Source: Histomonas meleagridis 2922-C6/04-290x (taxonomy: Eukaryota; Protista; Parabasalia). From it: 64,000 bases of DNA. The notes below the pieces were generated by a model. It saw nothing but the letters and a program-made list of their open reading frames with translations. It was not told where the DNA came from and searched no databases. The DNA lies in contig JAANOX010000004.1 in NCBI GenBank assembly GCA_020184695.1, positions 316,627-380,626 of the forward strand, given 5' to 3'. Numbering within the stretch: position 1 is the first letter of the stretch; every line of letters starts with the position of its first letter. Shown here piece after piece: positions 54,768 to 64,000 of this stretch. A program made the translations under genes and the position numbers.

Positions 54768-55373
54768 ATGCGAACAGCAAATAGGGTTCGTTGCGAGAAA
54801 GTGGTCCTTATAGGTGCTGCTTCTTCCGGTAAAACATCCATTCTTACACGCTTTGCCCAGGGTAAATTTAGCCAGGAAACAGAAGCTACCATCGGTGCAT
54901 CTTTCATACCAAAAGTTATTAATGTTGATGGAACTGATATTAAACTTGATATATGGGATACTGGAGGTTCCGAAAAGTATAGGTCTCTTGCACCATTGTA
55001 TTATAGGGATGCTCGTGCAGCAATTATTGTTTATGATATTACCAATGAAAACTCTTTTAGAGAAGCTGAACAATGGTGTCAAGAATTTAGGGAAAGAGGA
55101 ACTCCTAATGCTATAATATTTTGTGCTGCAAATAAATGTGATCTTGAACCACAAAGACAAGTATCAAAGAAAATGGGCGAAGAGTTCATCTTCCAGAACC
55201 AAATCTTGATGCTCCAAAACACATCTGCATTAACTGGTGAAGGTATTAATGAGCTATTTAATAATCTCGGAAAAGAACTTCTCCAGCTTCCGCCCACAGA
55301 TTCTGGTGAAGAAATCCAAATCATAGAAGCAGAGAACGGAAAAGGCACTTCCAAAGGAGGGTGTGATTGCTAA
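54768..55373 (+). CDS. Rab GTPase, Rab5-like
   Basis: GAASSGKTS, TIGASF, WDTGGSEKYRSLAPLYYRDA, NKCD, TSA, C-terminal CDC prenylation motif. Confidence 0.92.
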   Translation: MRTANRVRCEKVVLIGAASSGKTSILTRFAQGKFSQETEATIGASFIPKVINVDGTDIKLDIWDTGGSEKYRSLAPLYYRDARAAIIVYDITNENSFREAEQWCQEFRERGTPNAIIFCAANKCDLEPQRQVSKKMGEEFIFQNQILMLQNTSALTGEGINELFNNLGKELLQLPPTDSGEEIQIIEAENGKGTSKGGCDC

Positions 55374-55911
55374 ATCTAATAACTTCAGTCAAACTTTTTT
55401 AATTTTTTTTTATAAAACTTTTGTGCAAAGTGTAAAAACACTTTTAAAAGTGCAAATAAATTATTATTAATTTCAGATGCATTCTAAGTCTTTGTGGAAA
55501 AGCTTGTGGAAAGCATTATATTATATAAATTTGAATTAATAGACTCACATATTATTGGCATATAAAATGGGGTATACAAGGTCTGGAGCAAAAAACGATT
55601 GCCCGAATAAAATTTAGTATTTAAATAGTTATTAAATGTTTCTTTTTAATAATTTCCATTTTAATGATAGAATTCTCTTCGTTGAAATCGACTGCAAATG
55701 GATTTCCTGCAATCCTTGTATTCTAAATGCCAGTTGGTGAACAATGTATAAATGCATTATATGATGATTCTGAACTTTCAATATTAACATATATTTTCAT
55801 TAATGTATTCCAAAATAAAATAATGTAAAATTTTCATAATGAGTCATTCTATAAGAATTTTTATAAAAATATTTATTATTTATTTATTGCAAATAATTTA
55901 AAAAACTCTTT

Positions 55912-58900
55912 TTAGCTACATGATTTGGATTTGGCAGCTGCGACATCATTTAATGAAAATGTATTTGATAGACTACCAGACGCCATTCCGAACAATGCAT
56001 TCCATTTGGCTTCGAAGTTAATTTTATCATTTCCACTTAATTTATTTATAATTTTTGACTTCAATAAATTCAAATCATTTCGTAGTTTTTCGTCTCCACT
56101 TGTTCCGACTGTTTTTGCTTGTATTGCTCTATCAAGAGCATTATAAACATTAATGAATTCATTATATGTCGAAATTGATTTAATTCTATTCAAAGCGTCC
56201 AAATCTTCTTTCATTAGTTCACCCTTCTTCTGCCATGGTTTACCCGGAACAATATAATATGATTCGTTTGGACAAGCTCTGCAGTAAGGAGCTGCAACAG
56301 AAAAGTCAATATCAGATGATGAGTTTTGGTTATAATTAATAATATATGCTGTAACTTTTTTGAATTTTATGTTATTCTTTCTCATTTTTCCATCTGCTAT
56401 TTGTACTGTTCCGCAATTAACCACTCCATCTGTTACAATAATCAAGTGATCATGATAATTATTTCCTGCCCTTGCTGCAATGTCTGCAATAAGATCAGAA
56501 GCTGTTCCTTTAGTACCATACTTTTTGCTAATTATACCTAACATTTCATTATATGTTACTTCTTTATAACTTGAGTTCCATGTAAAGATCTTATCGCCAG
56601 ACTTATAATGCTTATTAATAATATTTTTAAGCTCATTATGATAAAAGTCTTTATTATGGACTGAGCCAGATGTATCAATTGCAAATAATCGTGTTTTAAT
56701 TTGGGAAGGCATCGCCAAAAATTTGTTCCATTTTTCACCAATTCTTATATCGAATTTAACTGGTTTTGGACGCCATCTTTTAGGATCACAATTTTCTACC
56801 CAATAATGTATTTCTGGTCTTGCTGTCCATCCTGCAATGTTTTGAATGTATCTAAAAGTTCCATCGGTGAACATTTTCTTAAAGCATTTTGTATAACCAC
56901 AATCTATAATAATGTCTCCATTTTTTGTCGGAATACATGGATAAAACATTGAACTTATTCCACCTGCTGAATCATGTGAAAATGGTATAAATGGTTTCAT
57001 TTTCTTTTCATCTAAAACATATGAAATTGTTTTCCCTTCATATATCTTCCCAAGGTTATGTGCCAATGAAGTTCGAGTTACACCTTTTGTAATTTGGGGC
57101 TTTCGATTAAATGTTTTAGGTTTATCTAATTTTCCAGTTTCATCACCATATAAAGTTTGTTCTCCGGCATGTTCACCACCAATACGTAATTCAGAACATT
57201 CGTTTTGTAATTCAGGGAACTTAGCTCTCTCAAGGAATAAGTTGACTTGATAATAAAGTGGTTTCCCTTCAGCCCAAAATACAATTGATCCTCCATTTTG
57301 CCAAAATTGGATTAAAACTTCAATAAATTGTCCAACAAGATTTGGATCTGCAACATGTTGATTGGGTTGAGGAGGTAATACTTCATAAGGAGGACCACAC
57401 ATTACCCATGTAGCATAATAATCACATTCATTATTGTTTTTAGTTAATTCTTTAATTGCATCATAGTAATTTAAAACAACTTTAGTTGTAATTCCGAAAT
57501 ATTGTAAAGCCGAATCAATACATTCTTGGCCTTTCCTTCCATGATGAATATAATATGGTAATAAATATTTAGTTTCTGATTCACTTAGTTCTTTTGTCCA
57601 TAACATTACAATAAGTATTTTTTGACCTTGTAATGAGTTTTCTAATAACATTTGAGTGCCTTTACCAGTCGGATTAATAAATTCATTATTTGCTCCTCTT
57701 ACATTTTGTTCCAAATTACAAAAGTCTGAAAATGCATCTATACCTAATGGAATATCATGTAATTCTTTCTGTAATTCAGAAAATGTAGGATTATCTTTGC
57801 ATTTAATTAAATCATTAAATATTTTTTCTAATGTTTCTGAATTTGGTATTTTGTTTTGAATCAAATGTATTTGATCAAGTCTTTCTGTAACATCTTCGCC
57901 GAAAATTGATGCAATTCCATTCATTAAATGTGAAGGATTTGGCGAATAAACAACTTGTGGGAATAAATTTAAAATTCCTTTTGGATATATACCTACACCA
58001 ATACCAATAGTATTAATTCCATATTGAACACATGAATTAACTTGTTCAATAATTCGTTTTTGTTCATTTACTTGATATAAACCATCAGTAATTATAAATA
58101 ATATACTTGAATAATCAGCTGATTTAATTCTTCTTAAATCAAAAGCTGTATGAATAGCTGAAGCTAAATCAATATTAGTTATTTGATTTCGAAGATATGA
58201 AAATAATGTTTCCCAAATTGGTGATTTAGGATTTAATGCATAAAATGTACTTACACCAGAACATAAAACATTTGGTGTTGGAGAACCTGCTATAATTAAA
58301 TCAAAACTTGGTAAATCAAGAATTGTAAATACTGATAAAAGATTTCGTATAGTTTGAAATGTATGTGCACCAGAAAGTTCATTAAAACATGAAATAGATG
58401 GATCAATAATAATTGTAACTCCATAATTACGAATTAATCCTCCTTTTTCTACTAAATAAATTAATGGATCTGGTACTGGATTTATTATATTTAATATCAA
58501 TGCAGTAATATCAAAATCTGTACCTGTTGATGATAATATTGTTTGTGATGCTTTATTAGGTTTAAATATTGTTTCTATTGAAGAATTATAAATTTTCTTT
58601 CGTTCAATAAATTGAGAAATTATTTTTTCAATATTAATATTTTGATTTTTCTTATTTATGTTTGAATTAATTCGATTTGATTTATTTCGATAATGTGACA
58701 TTTCTAATTTTTCAAATCGATTTGAAACTAAACTTAATACATTTGTTCTACCTGAATAAATTCCATTACAATTATTAAAATTCACTTTCATTAAATCTTC
58801 AAAATATTTAATGTTATTTAATTCTGGTATAATTCCTGGGAATTCGGGTTTTGTAATTTCTTTAAATTGTGATGGTAAATTTTTAATTACTTCACGTTTC

Positions 58901-61900
58901 ATTACATTCTTAAATAATTCTATAATAGATTTTATTATTTGGTTACTAATTTGTGCTTGAATTATTGATATTTTTATAAATGATTTTGCATTTTGATTTG
59001 TTTCTTCTTCAAAATTACGCCAAACATTTTCAACATATTTTAATTTATCATCAATTAATTTACTCGATTTAATAAAAATAAATCCAAATGAATAATTAGG
59101 TTCTACTAAAAGATTTGACCATACTTTAGTTCTAACAAGATTTTCATCGATTCCATCAGTAAATGTGAAAAATGAAATATTTGGTCTTTTTTCAAGAACT
59201 TTTTCATGAATTGTACTCATTGCATATTTAATTGAATGTATTAAATTAGTTTTACCTCTTTTAATTAAATAACAATCAAGAATTTTTTGTAATGCAACAT
59301 CAGAATGATCTTCTTCAAAAGGTTTAATAACACATGTGAAATTATCATCAGCAATTAATAATACAGAATAAGGAATCTCTAATGAATAAAGTGCTGATGT
59401 TAATGCACATATTATCATCATATTAAACATTTTATTTTTATCTGAAATATATGATTTGCAATCAATTAAAATACACACACAAATATTAGAATATGGTGTT
59501 GTTGTATCTGAAGCAGCTTTAATAAATGCTGCGCTTAAATAATAACTTTGTTGTATAAGTTCTTGAATTGGATAAACATCTTTGTTTGGTTTATCATTTT
59601 GTATTTTATGTAGTTGTTGTTCAATTACTTTATAATTTTCTTCATTTTTAATTTCTTTCATTCGTTGAATTGTTCGTTCAATTCCTTGTTCTTCTGTAAA
59701 TGCATTATTTGATTCATCGAATTGCTTACTACTAATTTGTTCAGTTTTTGTTTCATCATTTATTAAAAGGAAGCCTCTATTATTAATATTTTTATCTTCT
59801 TTTCTTTCTTTAGTTTCACTTTCACTTTCAGTATCATCATCATTCATGTTATCTTTTTGAAGGACTTCTTGCATATTTTTGAAGACTTTTTGAAATTTAA
59901 CATTAAAATCAGTTTCTTGAGAACGTTTTTGTTCATAAAATATTTTTCCATTATTTGAATTTTGTTCATTTGGTATTATTGGGATTTGATCATCTTCATT
60001 ATCAAATTGATCATTAGAAAGTATTTGATTTGATGATTGGTTAATTAAATCATATCGCTTATGTTTCAAATTTTTTTCATCAGCAACTGTTTTCCATTTC
60101 GTTTGAATTTGATAAATTTGGCAAGGCTGTGGTAATTCAATGAAATCTTGTGTTAATTTTTGTGATTCATTAATTATAACATTTGGTATTTGGGGTTTTC
60201 TTATGTTAACACCTGCTTTTGCTAATTTACTTGTAAGTAATTTAAAGGATTCACAAAATGATTTAATATATGGTGATAAAAATGAAGAATCTGTTGGCTG
60301 TAGTTTAAGATATATTTGTAATAACCTTGAATAATATTTTTCTGCAGGTTCAAAACTTTGTTTAGAATTCTTTAAATTTCGAATATAAATTGGTAATATT
60401 CTTGTGCCTTGTATACATGATGAATAAAATTCGATTAATGAAGATATTGAATCATGTTTTCCTGGAATAGAATTTACTTTAGAAAGTGTATCAAAATTAA
60501 AACTTATTTCAAATAATGCATCTTGTTGAACTTCATTTTGTTCTATAATATTTTGTTCATTAAAATTCTTTTTGAATGATTCTTTAAATTCATTCGTTAA
60601 ATAACATTTTGATTTACTTTGTTTTGTATCATTCTTTGGAATTTGATTTATAAATTCTTCATAATTTTTGTTCTCTTCTTTAAATTTGTGTTTAAATTCT
60701 TTTTGGATCTGACTTTGAATTGTTTGCTCATCAAATTGAATATATTCTTCATATAATTCATTCATCTTTTGTTTCATTTCTTTTGGTTGTGGAGATGGAT
60801 ATAGTTTGAAATCATTTTCTTTTAACTCATTATATCTTTGCTTAAATAATTTATATATTCTAATAATGATATTATATCTATAAAGATCAATAATTGGTTC
60901 ATGAGATTTGATATTATTAGGAACTAAATCAATTATATTCTTTTTAAGATTTCCTGGAAGATATTGTATAAATTTATTAATATTAACTATAAATATATTA
61001 TACATTGAAAGAAATATAAAATATCTAAAATCTCTTTCTTTTATATCGGAGTGTGTTTCTATCAAATTTAATATATTAAAAGATTTTGTTTTTGCTTCTT
61101 CAATATTTTCTTCTGATATTTCCAACTCATTTAAATCATCAATTTCAGGATAAATCGAAAATGCCGGAAACCATTGACCTTTATTATCAAAACCAACCAA
61201 TGCTATACCTTCTTGTTCGCCATCAATATTAACTCTAAAAGATGCCTGATTTATCTTAAATTTTCCAGTTACACATCCATGAACATATTCACATGAAATA
61301 TTATAACTTCTAATTTCATTATCATAATATTTTATTGTTATATTAGAAGACATTTGATTATTGAACTCAAATGGAGTAACAAATATTTTTGAAATACTAA
61401 GAGTTTGTCTGTTATATGAATAATTTGGAATTTCCCAATTATTATTTTCATTATTAAAAATTAACACAGGATATGATAAATTTACATACATATTTGTTGC
61501 ATCCTTAAAATTAATATTAATCTTTTTAGTTAATTTATGCGATTTAATTGTCAAAGAATATGGATAATATAAATATTGGGATGTGGCATATTCTAACATC
61601 ATATCAAATTCAAATATTTCTTGAACATAAATATCATCAGGTTTTGTAGAAATTATTGCTGATCTTGGAAGATTTGGTGTTAATTCAGCTATTTGTTTCC
61701 CAATATGTGGAGTTCCAATTATTTTACAATGTAATGGAATGTACCATTTATCTTTATTTTTTGAATAATAAATATTTAAATTGTTTGTGTATCGCTTTGT
61801 TGAGAAATCATATATTTCAAAAGTGAAATCAAACGGTATTAATATTGCATCAATATTTATAGTAATCATAAAAGTAGAAGAAAATGTTAAACATACATTA

Positions 61901-64000
61901 CAATGAAGTCTTGACATTTCTTTAACTGATGGCATGTTTACAATTATATGGTCTTTAAATGTGTTAAGATCTGGTTTTTCTGATGTATTTCCTTCAAGAC
62001 TTTCAATACTTGCAAAATATTTTAACTCTTCTTTCATATAATAATTTTTAAAATTAAATGTAATTGCTGAACCTGATAAAATTTCTTGACAACATAAATT
62101 ATATATTCCTTCTTTAAATGACAATTGATATTCTTCACATTCGATAAGTATTGCCAATGGAATTAATTTGAAATAAAAGTTACATGGAAGTTTTAATTCT
62201 TTATATGATTGTGATGTAAAATGAATTTGTGTTGAAATATTTAATTCTGTAATATCATTATTTAAAGGTGGTAATGATACAAGAATTTGTACAATTTCAC
62301 CAGGTTTTATATTATGTCGAGCATAAAAAAGATTTGAATATTCTTCTTTCTCTGCTTTAACATCAATTGAAAATTCTTCATCAATAGATGATATAAAATT
62401 AATTAATACATTGCCTTCATATAATGATGGAACAAGTGGTCCTATAGGACAATTAAGTGTTTTATAACAACATTGAATACTTCCTTTGGATACACTTAAG
62501 ATAGGAGTAGAAAAGAAATTGGAATCAGAAATATCATCAAATGAAGGAACATATTGCTCTATTGTTGTTGAAGGATATGGAATTTGATATGAATTTGAAA
62601 ACATTTCTTTATGTAAATTAGTAGAACCAACTTCATTCCAATAATTTTTAATATTTTCTTTAATGAAATTATCAAATGCTTTTAGATGTTTATCTAAATG
62701 ATCTAGAAGCTTTTGTAAGCTTTCAGCATATTCTTGAGTTTCTTTACAGCTTGTTTCATCGCTAAATTTGACAGTTGAATTGGATCTAATTTTTGTTACT
62801 TTATCGATTAAATTTTTAGGAATTTCGAATGTATTATTGGATATTTTTGCATTTTCAAATGCATCAAATATTTTTTGTACTTCAGAATGAATAATATTAT
62901 TTAAATCATTGAGAGACTCTAAGAAATTATAATTATTATAATAATTCTTACCAAAAATAATTTTCGGTGCTGTGCTTGCATAATTTTGTTTTTTAATAGG
63001 GAAAATTTTGTCATAATCAATATTTACGATTGGATAAATATTTACATCTATATATTTATAATAAACAGAAAATTTAGTTTTTGTATAAAATTTTAAAGTA
63101 ATTTTATTTGATTCATCAAATATTTTTTCAGGACATTTTCTTAAACTACATGTGATTTCATTTAATTTTTTTAATGTTTTCTGTTTTATTTCATTACAAT
63201 TATCAAATTTATTATTTTCTCGTAAATTATTTTTTAAATTTTCATATTCACTTATTTTCCTTTTTAGTTCATTAATTTTTCCTTCCCTTTCCCTTTCATT
63301 TTCTTCCTTCTTCATTTGAATATATTCATTCCTTTTAGTTTCTTCTTCTTGTTGAATCACATTTGAAAAATCTTTAAGAAACCGAGGAAAATCTTCTTTC
63401 ATTTTATTAAGGAAGTTTAATAAATCTTTGGATTGTTCAGCTTTTTTAATTTTCTTTAATTTACTTATAGTTGTTAAATTAATTAAATTGATAATTAAAT
63501 CATTAGGATTAACAATAAATTGAAAAACTTTATTTTTAATCTTTTCTTTCTCGATTTCTTTAGGTTTAGACTTAATAATTTCTTGGAATTTAGATTTAAA
63601 TATTAAGATAACAATTTCTTTAATGAATGTTTCAATACTTTTATATTTCAATTCATTCAAGGTTGTATTAAAATTCAATTGATCTTCTGATAAAGAATAT
63701 AGAAATCCATGTAACAGTCGAATATTTTGATCAATAAACTCTGGTGGAACTGTTGGTAAAAAAAGATTTAACCAATTAGTTCCAATTTTTTGATGATTTG
63801 ATAATTTTCTTTGAATAGTTTTATGTATTTCTAAATGAAGCATTTCACATATTTTTTCACTTGTTTTTGTGTTTTGATTTACATCAAAAATAACACAGTT
63901 AATTGAAGAAACAATTCGTAAAACAAGAAGCCAAAGTGGAATTCTATTTTCTTCAAATTTTTGTGTCGAATAAATTGCTTGAATTTGTTGTGTACATTTT
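55912..64000 (-). CDS. Giant multi-vWA protein (>2690 aa), 5'-partial
   Basis: The frame is open from 64000 to the stop at 55912. There are three vWA-like units (ILIDCKS..FTFTDG; IIIDPSIS..FIITDG; FAIDTSGS..IIVTDG), with coiled-coil and beta-rich Ig-like segments upstream. Confidence 0.8.
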   Translation of the reverse strand, partial: KCTQQIQAIYSTQKFEENRIPLWLLVLRIVSSINCVIFDVNQNTKTSEKICEMLHLEIHKTIQRKLSNHQKIGTNWLNLFLPTVPPEFIDQNIRLLHGFLYSLSEDQLNFNTTLNELKYKSIETFIKEIVILIFKSKFQEIIKSKPKEIEKEKIKNKVFQFIVNPNDLIINLINLTTISKLKKIKKAEQSKDLLNFLNKMKEDFPRFLKDFSNVIQQEEETKRNEYIQMKKEENEREREGKINELKRKISEYENLKNNLRENNKFDNCNEIKQKTLKKLNEITCSLRKCPEKIFDESNKITLKFYTKTKFSVYYKYIDVNIYPIVNIDYDKIFPIKKQNYASTAPKIIFGKNYYNNYNFLESLNDLNNIIHSEVQKIFDAFENAKISNNTFEIPKNLIDKVTKIRSNSTVKFSDETSCKETQEYAESLQKLLDHLDKHLKAFDNFIKENIKNYWNEVGSTNLHKEMFSNSYQIPYPSTTIEQYVPSFDDISDSNFFSTPILSVSKGSIQCCYKTLNCPIGPLVPSLYEGNVLINFISSIDEEFSIDVKAEKEEYSNLFYARHNIKPGEIVQILVSLPPLNNDITELNISTQIHFTSQSYKELKLPCNFYFKLIPLAILIECEEYQLSFKEGIYNLCCQEILSGSAITFNFKNYYMKEELKYFASIESLEGNTSEKPDLNTFKDHIIVNMPSVKEMSRLHCNVCLTFSSTFMITINIDAILIPFDFTFEIYDFSTKRYTNNLNIYYSKNKDKWYIPLHCKIIGTPHIGKQIAELTPNLPRSAIISTKPDDIYVQEIFEFDMMLEYATSQYLYYPYSLTIKSHKLTKKININFKDATNMYVNLSYPVLIFNNENNNWEIPNYSYNRQTLSISKIFVTPFEFNNQMSSNITIKYYDNEIRSYNISCEYVHGCVTGKFKINQASFRVNIDGEQEGIALVGFDNKGQWFPAFSIYPEIDDLNELEISEENIEEAKTKSFNILNLIETHSDIKERDFRYFIFLSMYNIFIVNINKFIQYLPGNLKKNIIDLVPNNIKSHEPIIDLYRYNIIIRIYKLFKQRYNELKENDFKLYPSPQPKEMKQKMNELYEEYIQFDEQTIQSQIQKEFKHKFKEENKNYEEFINQIPKNDTKQSKSKCYLTNEFKESFKKNFNEQNIIEQNEVQQDALFEISFNFDTLSKVNSIPGKHDSISSLIEFYSSCIQGTRILPIYIRNLKNSKQSFEPAEKYYSRLLQIYLKLQPTDSSFLSPYIKSFCESFKLLTSKLAKAGVNIRKPQIPNVIINESQKLTQDFIELPQPCQIYQIQTKWKTVADEKNLKHKRYDLINQSSNQILSNDQFDNEDDQIPIIPNEQNSNNGKIFYEQKRSQETDFNVKFQKVFKNMQEVLQKDNMNDDDTESESETKERKEDKNINNRGFLLINDETKTEQISSKQFDESNNAFTEEQGIERTIQRMKEIKNEENYKVIEQQLHKIQNDKPNKDVYPIQELIQQSYYLSAAFIKAASDTTTPYSNICVCILIDCKSYISDKNKMFNMMIICALTSALYSLEIPYSVLLIADDNFTCVIKPFEEDHSDVALQKILDCYLIKRGKTNLIHSIKYAMSTIHEKVLEKRPNISFFTFTDGIDENLVRTKVWSNLLVEPNYSFGFIFIKSSKLIDDKLKYVENVWRNFEEETNQNAKSFIKISIIQAQISNQIIKSIIELFKNVMKREVIKNLPSQFKEITKPEFPGIIPELNNIKYFEDLMKVNFNNCNGIYSGRTNVLSLVSNRFEKLEMSHYRNKSNRINSNINKKNQNINIEKIISQFIERKKIYNSSIETIFKPNKASQTILSSTGTDFDITALILNIINPVPDPLIYLVEKGGLIRNYGVTIIIDPSISCFNELSGAHTFQTIRNLLSVFTILDLPSFDLIIAGSPTPNVLCSGVSTFYALNPKSPIWETLFSYLRNQITNIDLASAIHTAFDLRRIKSADYSSILFIITDGLYQVNEQKRIIEQVNSCVQYGINTIGIGVGIYPKGILNLFPQVVYSPNPSHLMNGIASIFGEDVTERLDQIHLIQNKIPNSETLEKIFNDLIKCKDNPTFSELQKELHDIPLGIDAFSDFCNLEQNVRGANNEFINPTGKGTQMLLENSLQGQKILIVMLWTKELSESETKYLLPYYIHHGRKGQECIDSALQYFGITTKVVLNYYDAIKELTKNNNECDYYATWVMCGPPYEVLPPQPNQHVADPNLVGQFIEVLIQFWQNGGSIVFWAEGKPLYYQVNLFLERAKFPELQNECSELRIGGEHAGEQTLYGDETGKLDKPKTFNRKPQITKGVTRTSLAHNLGKIYEGKTISYVLDEKKMKPFIPFSHDSAGGISSMFYPCIPTKNGDIIIDCGYTKCFKKMFTDGTFRYIQNIAGWTARPEIHYWVENCDPKRWRPKPVKFDIRIGEKWNKFLAMPSQIKTRLFAIDTSGSVHNKDFYHNELKNIINKHYKSGDKIFTWNSSYKEVTYNEMLGIISKKYGTKGTASDLIADIAARAGNNYHDHLIIVTDGVVNCGTVQIADGKMRKNNIKFKKVTAYIINYNQNSSSDIDFSVAAPYCRACPNESYYIVPGKPWQKKGELMKEDLDALNRIKSISTYNEFINVYNALDRAIQAKTVGTSGDEKLRNDLNLLKSKIINKLSGNDKINFEAKWNALFGMASGSLSNTFSLNDVAAAKSKSCS

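Noticed and set aside
55912-64000. Calling the giant vWA protein midasin (MDN1/Rea1)
   Set aside because: Midasin has one C-terminal MIDAS domain after a long D/E tail. This protein has three vWA units and no such tail, and no AAA modules are visible in the window.

Overview
Gene-dense, very AT-rich eukaryotic DNA whose content points to a parabasalid (trichomonad) protist; the Tritrichomonas/Histomonas-like assignment is inference. Evidence includes BspA-type LRR genes, a DUF3447-type ankyrin gene, an iron-sulfur flavoprotein, TCA(T/C)T initiators, M3-like promoter motifs and TAAA signals overlapping stop codons. Recognisable genes: FANCD2, AP-3 mu, a degenerate Ras, CAF1 (2 copies), a divergent H2A/H2B pair, a Tul1-like RING E3, a RING-IBR plus MYCBP2-type RCR E3, RIB43A, a probably inactive S1/P1 nuclease, Mex67/NXF1-like, a TKL kinase, Isf flavoprotein, p23, ArfGAP, HGH1, a Rab and a giant multi-vWA protein running off the right edge. 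There are also 3 tRNA-Pro(UGG), 1 tRNA-Glu(UUC) and a full-length but disabled mariner. Two gene-containing inverted duplications (about 1.9 kb and 1.1 kb arms) each flank a 4-5 kb spacer. The most striking signal is at 12001-12882. Intact 33-codon ankyrin repeats are separated at the same position by homologous AT-rich spacers, four of exactly 71 nt and one of 37 nt. These spacers break the frame, lack consistent GT-AG ends and the trichomonad branch motif, and suggest a non-canonical intron, recoding or DNA-excision system. Many frameshifts sit in homopolymers or in duplicated segments and may be assembly errors.
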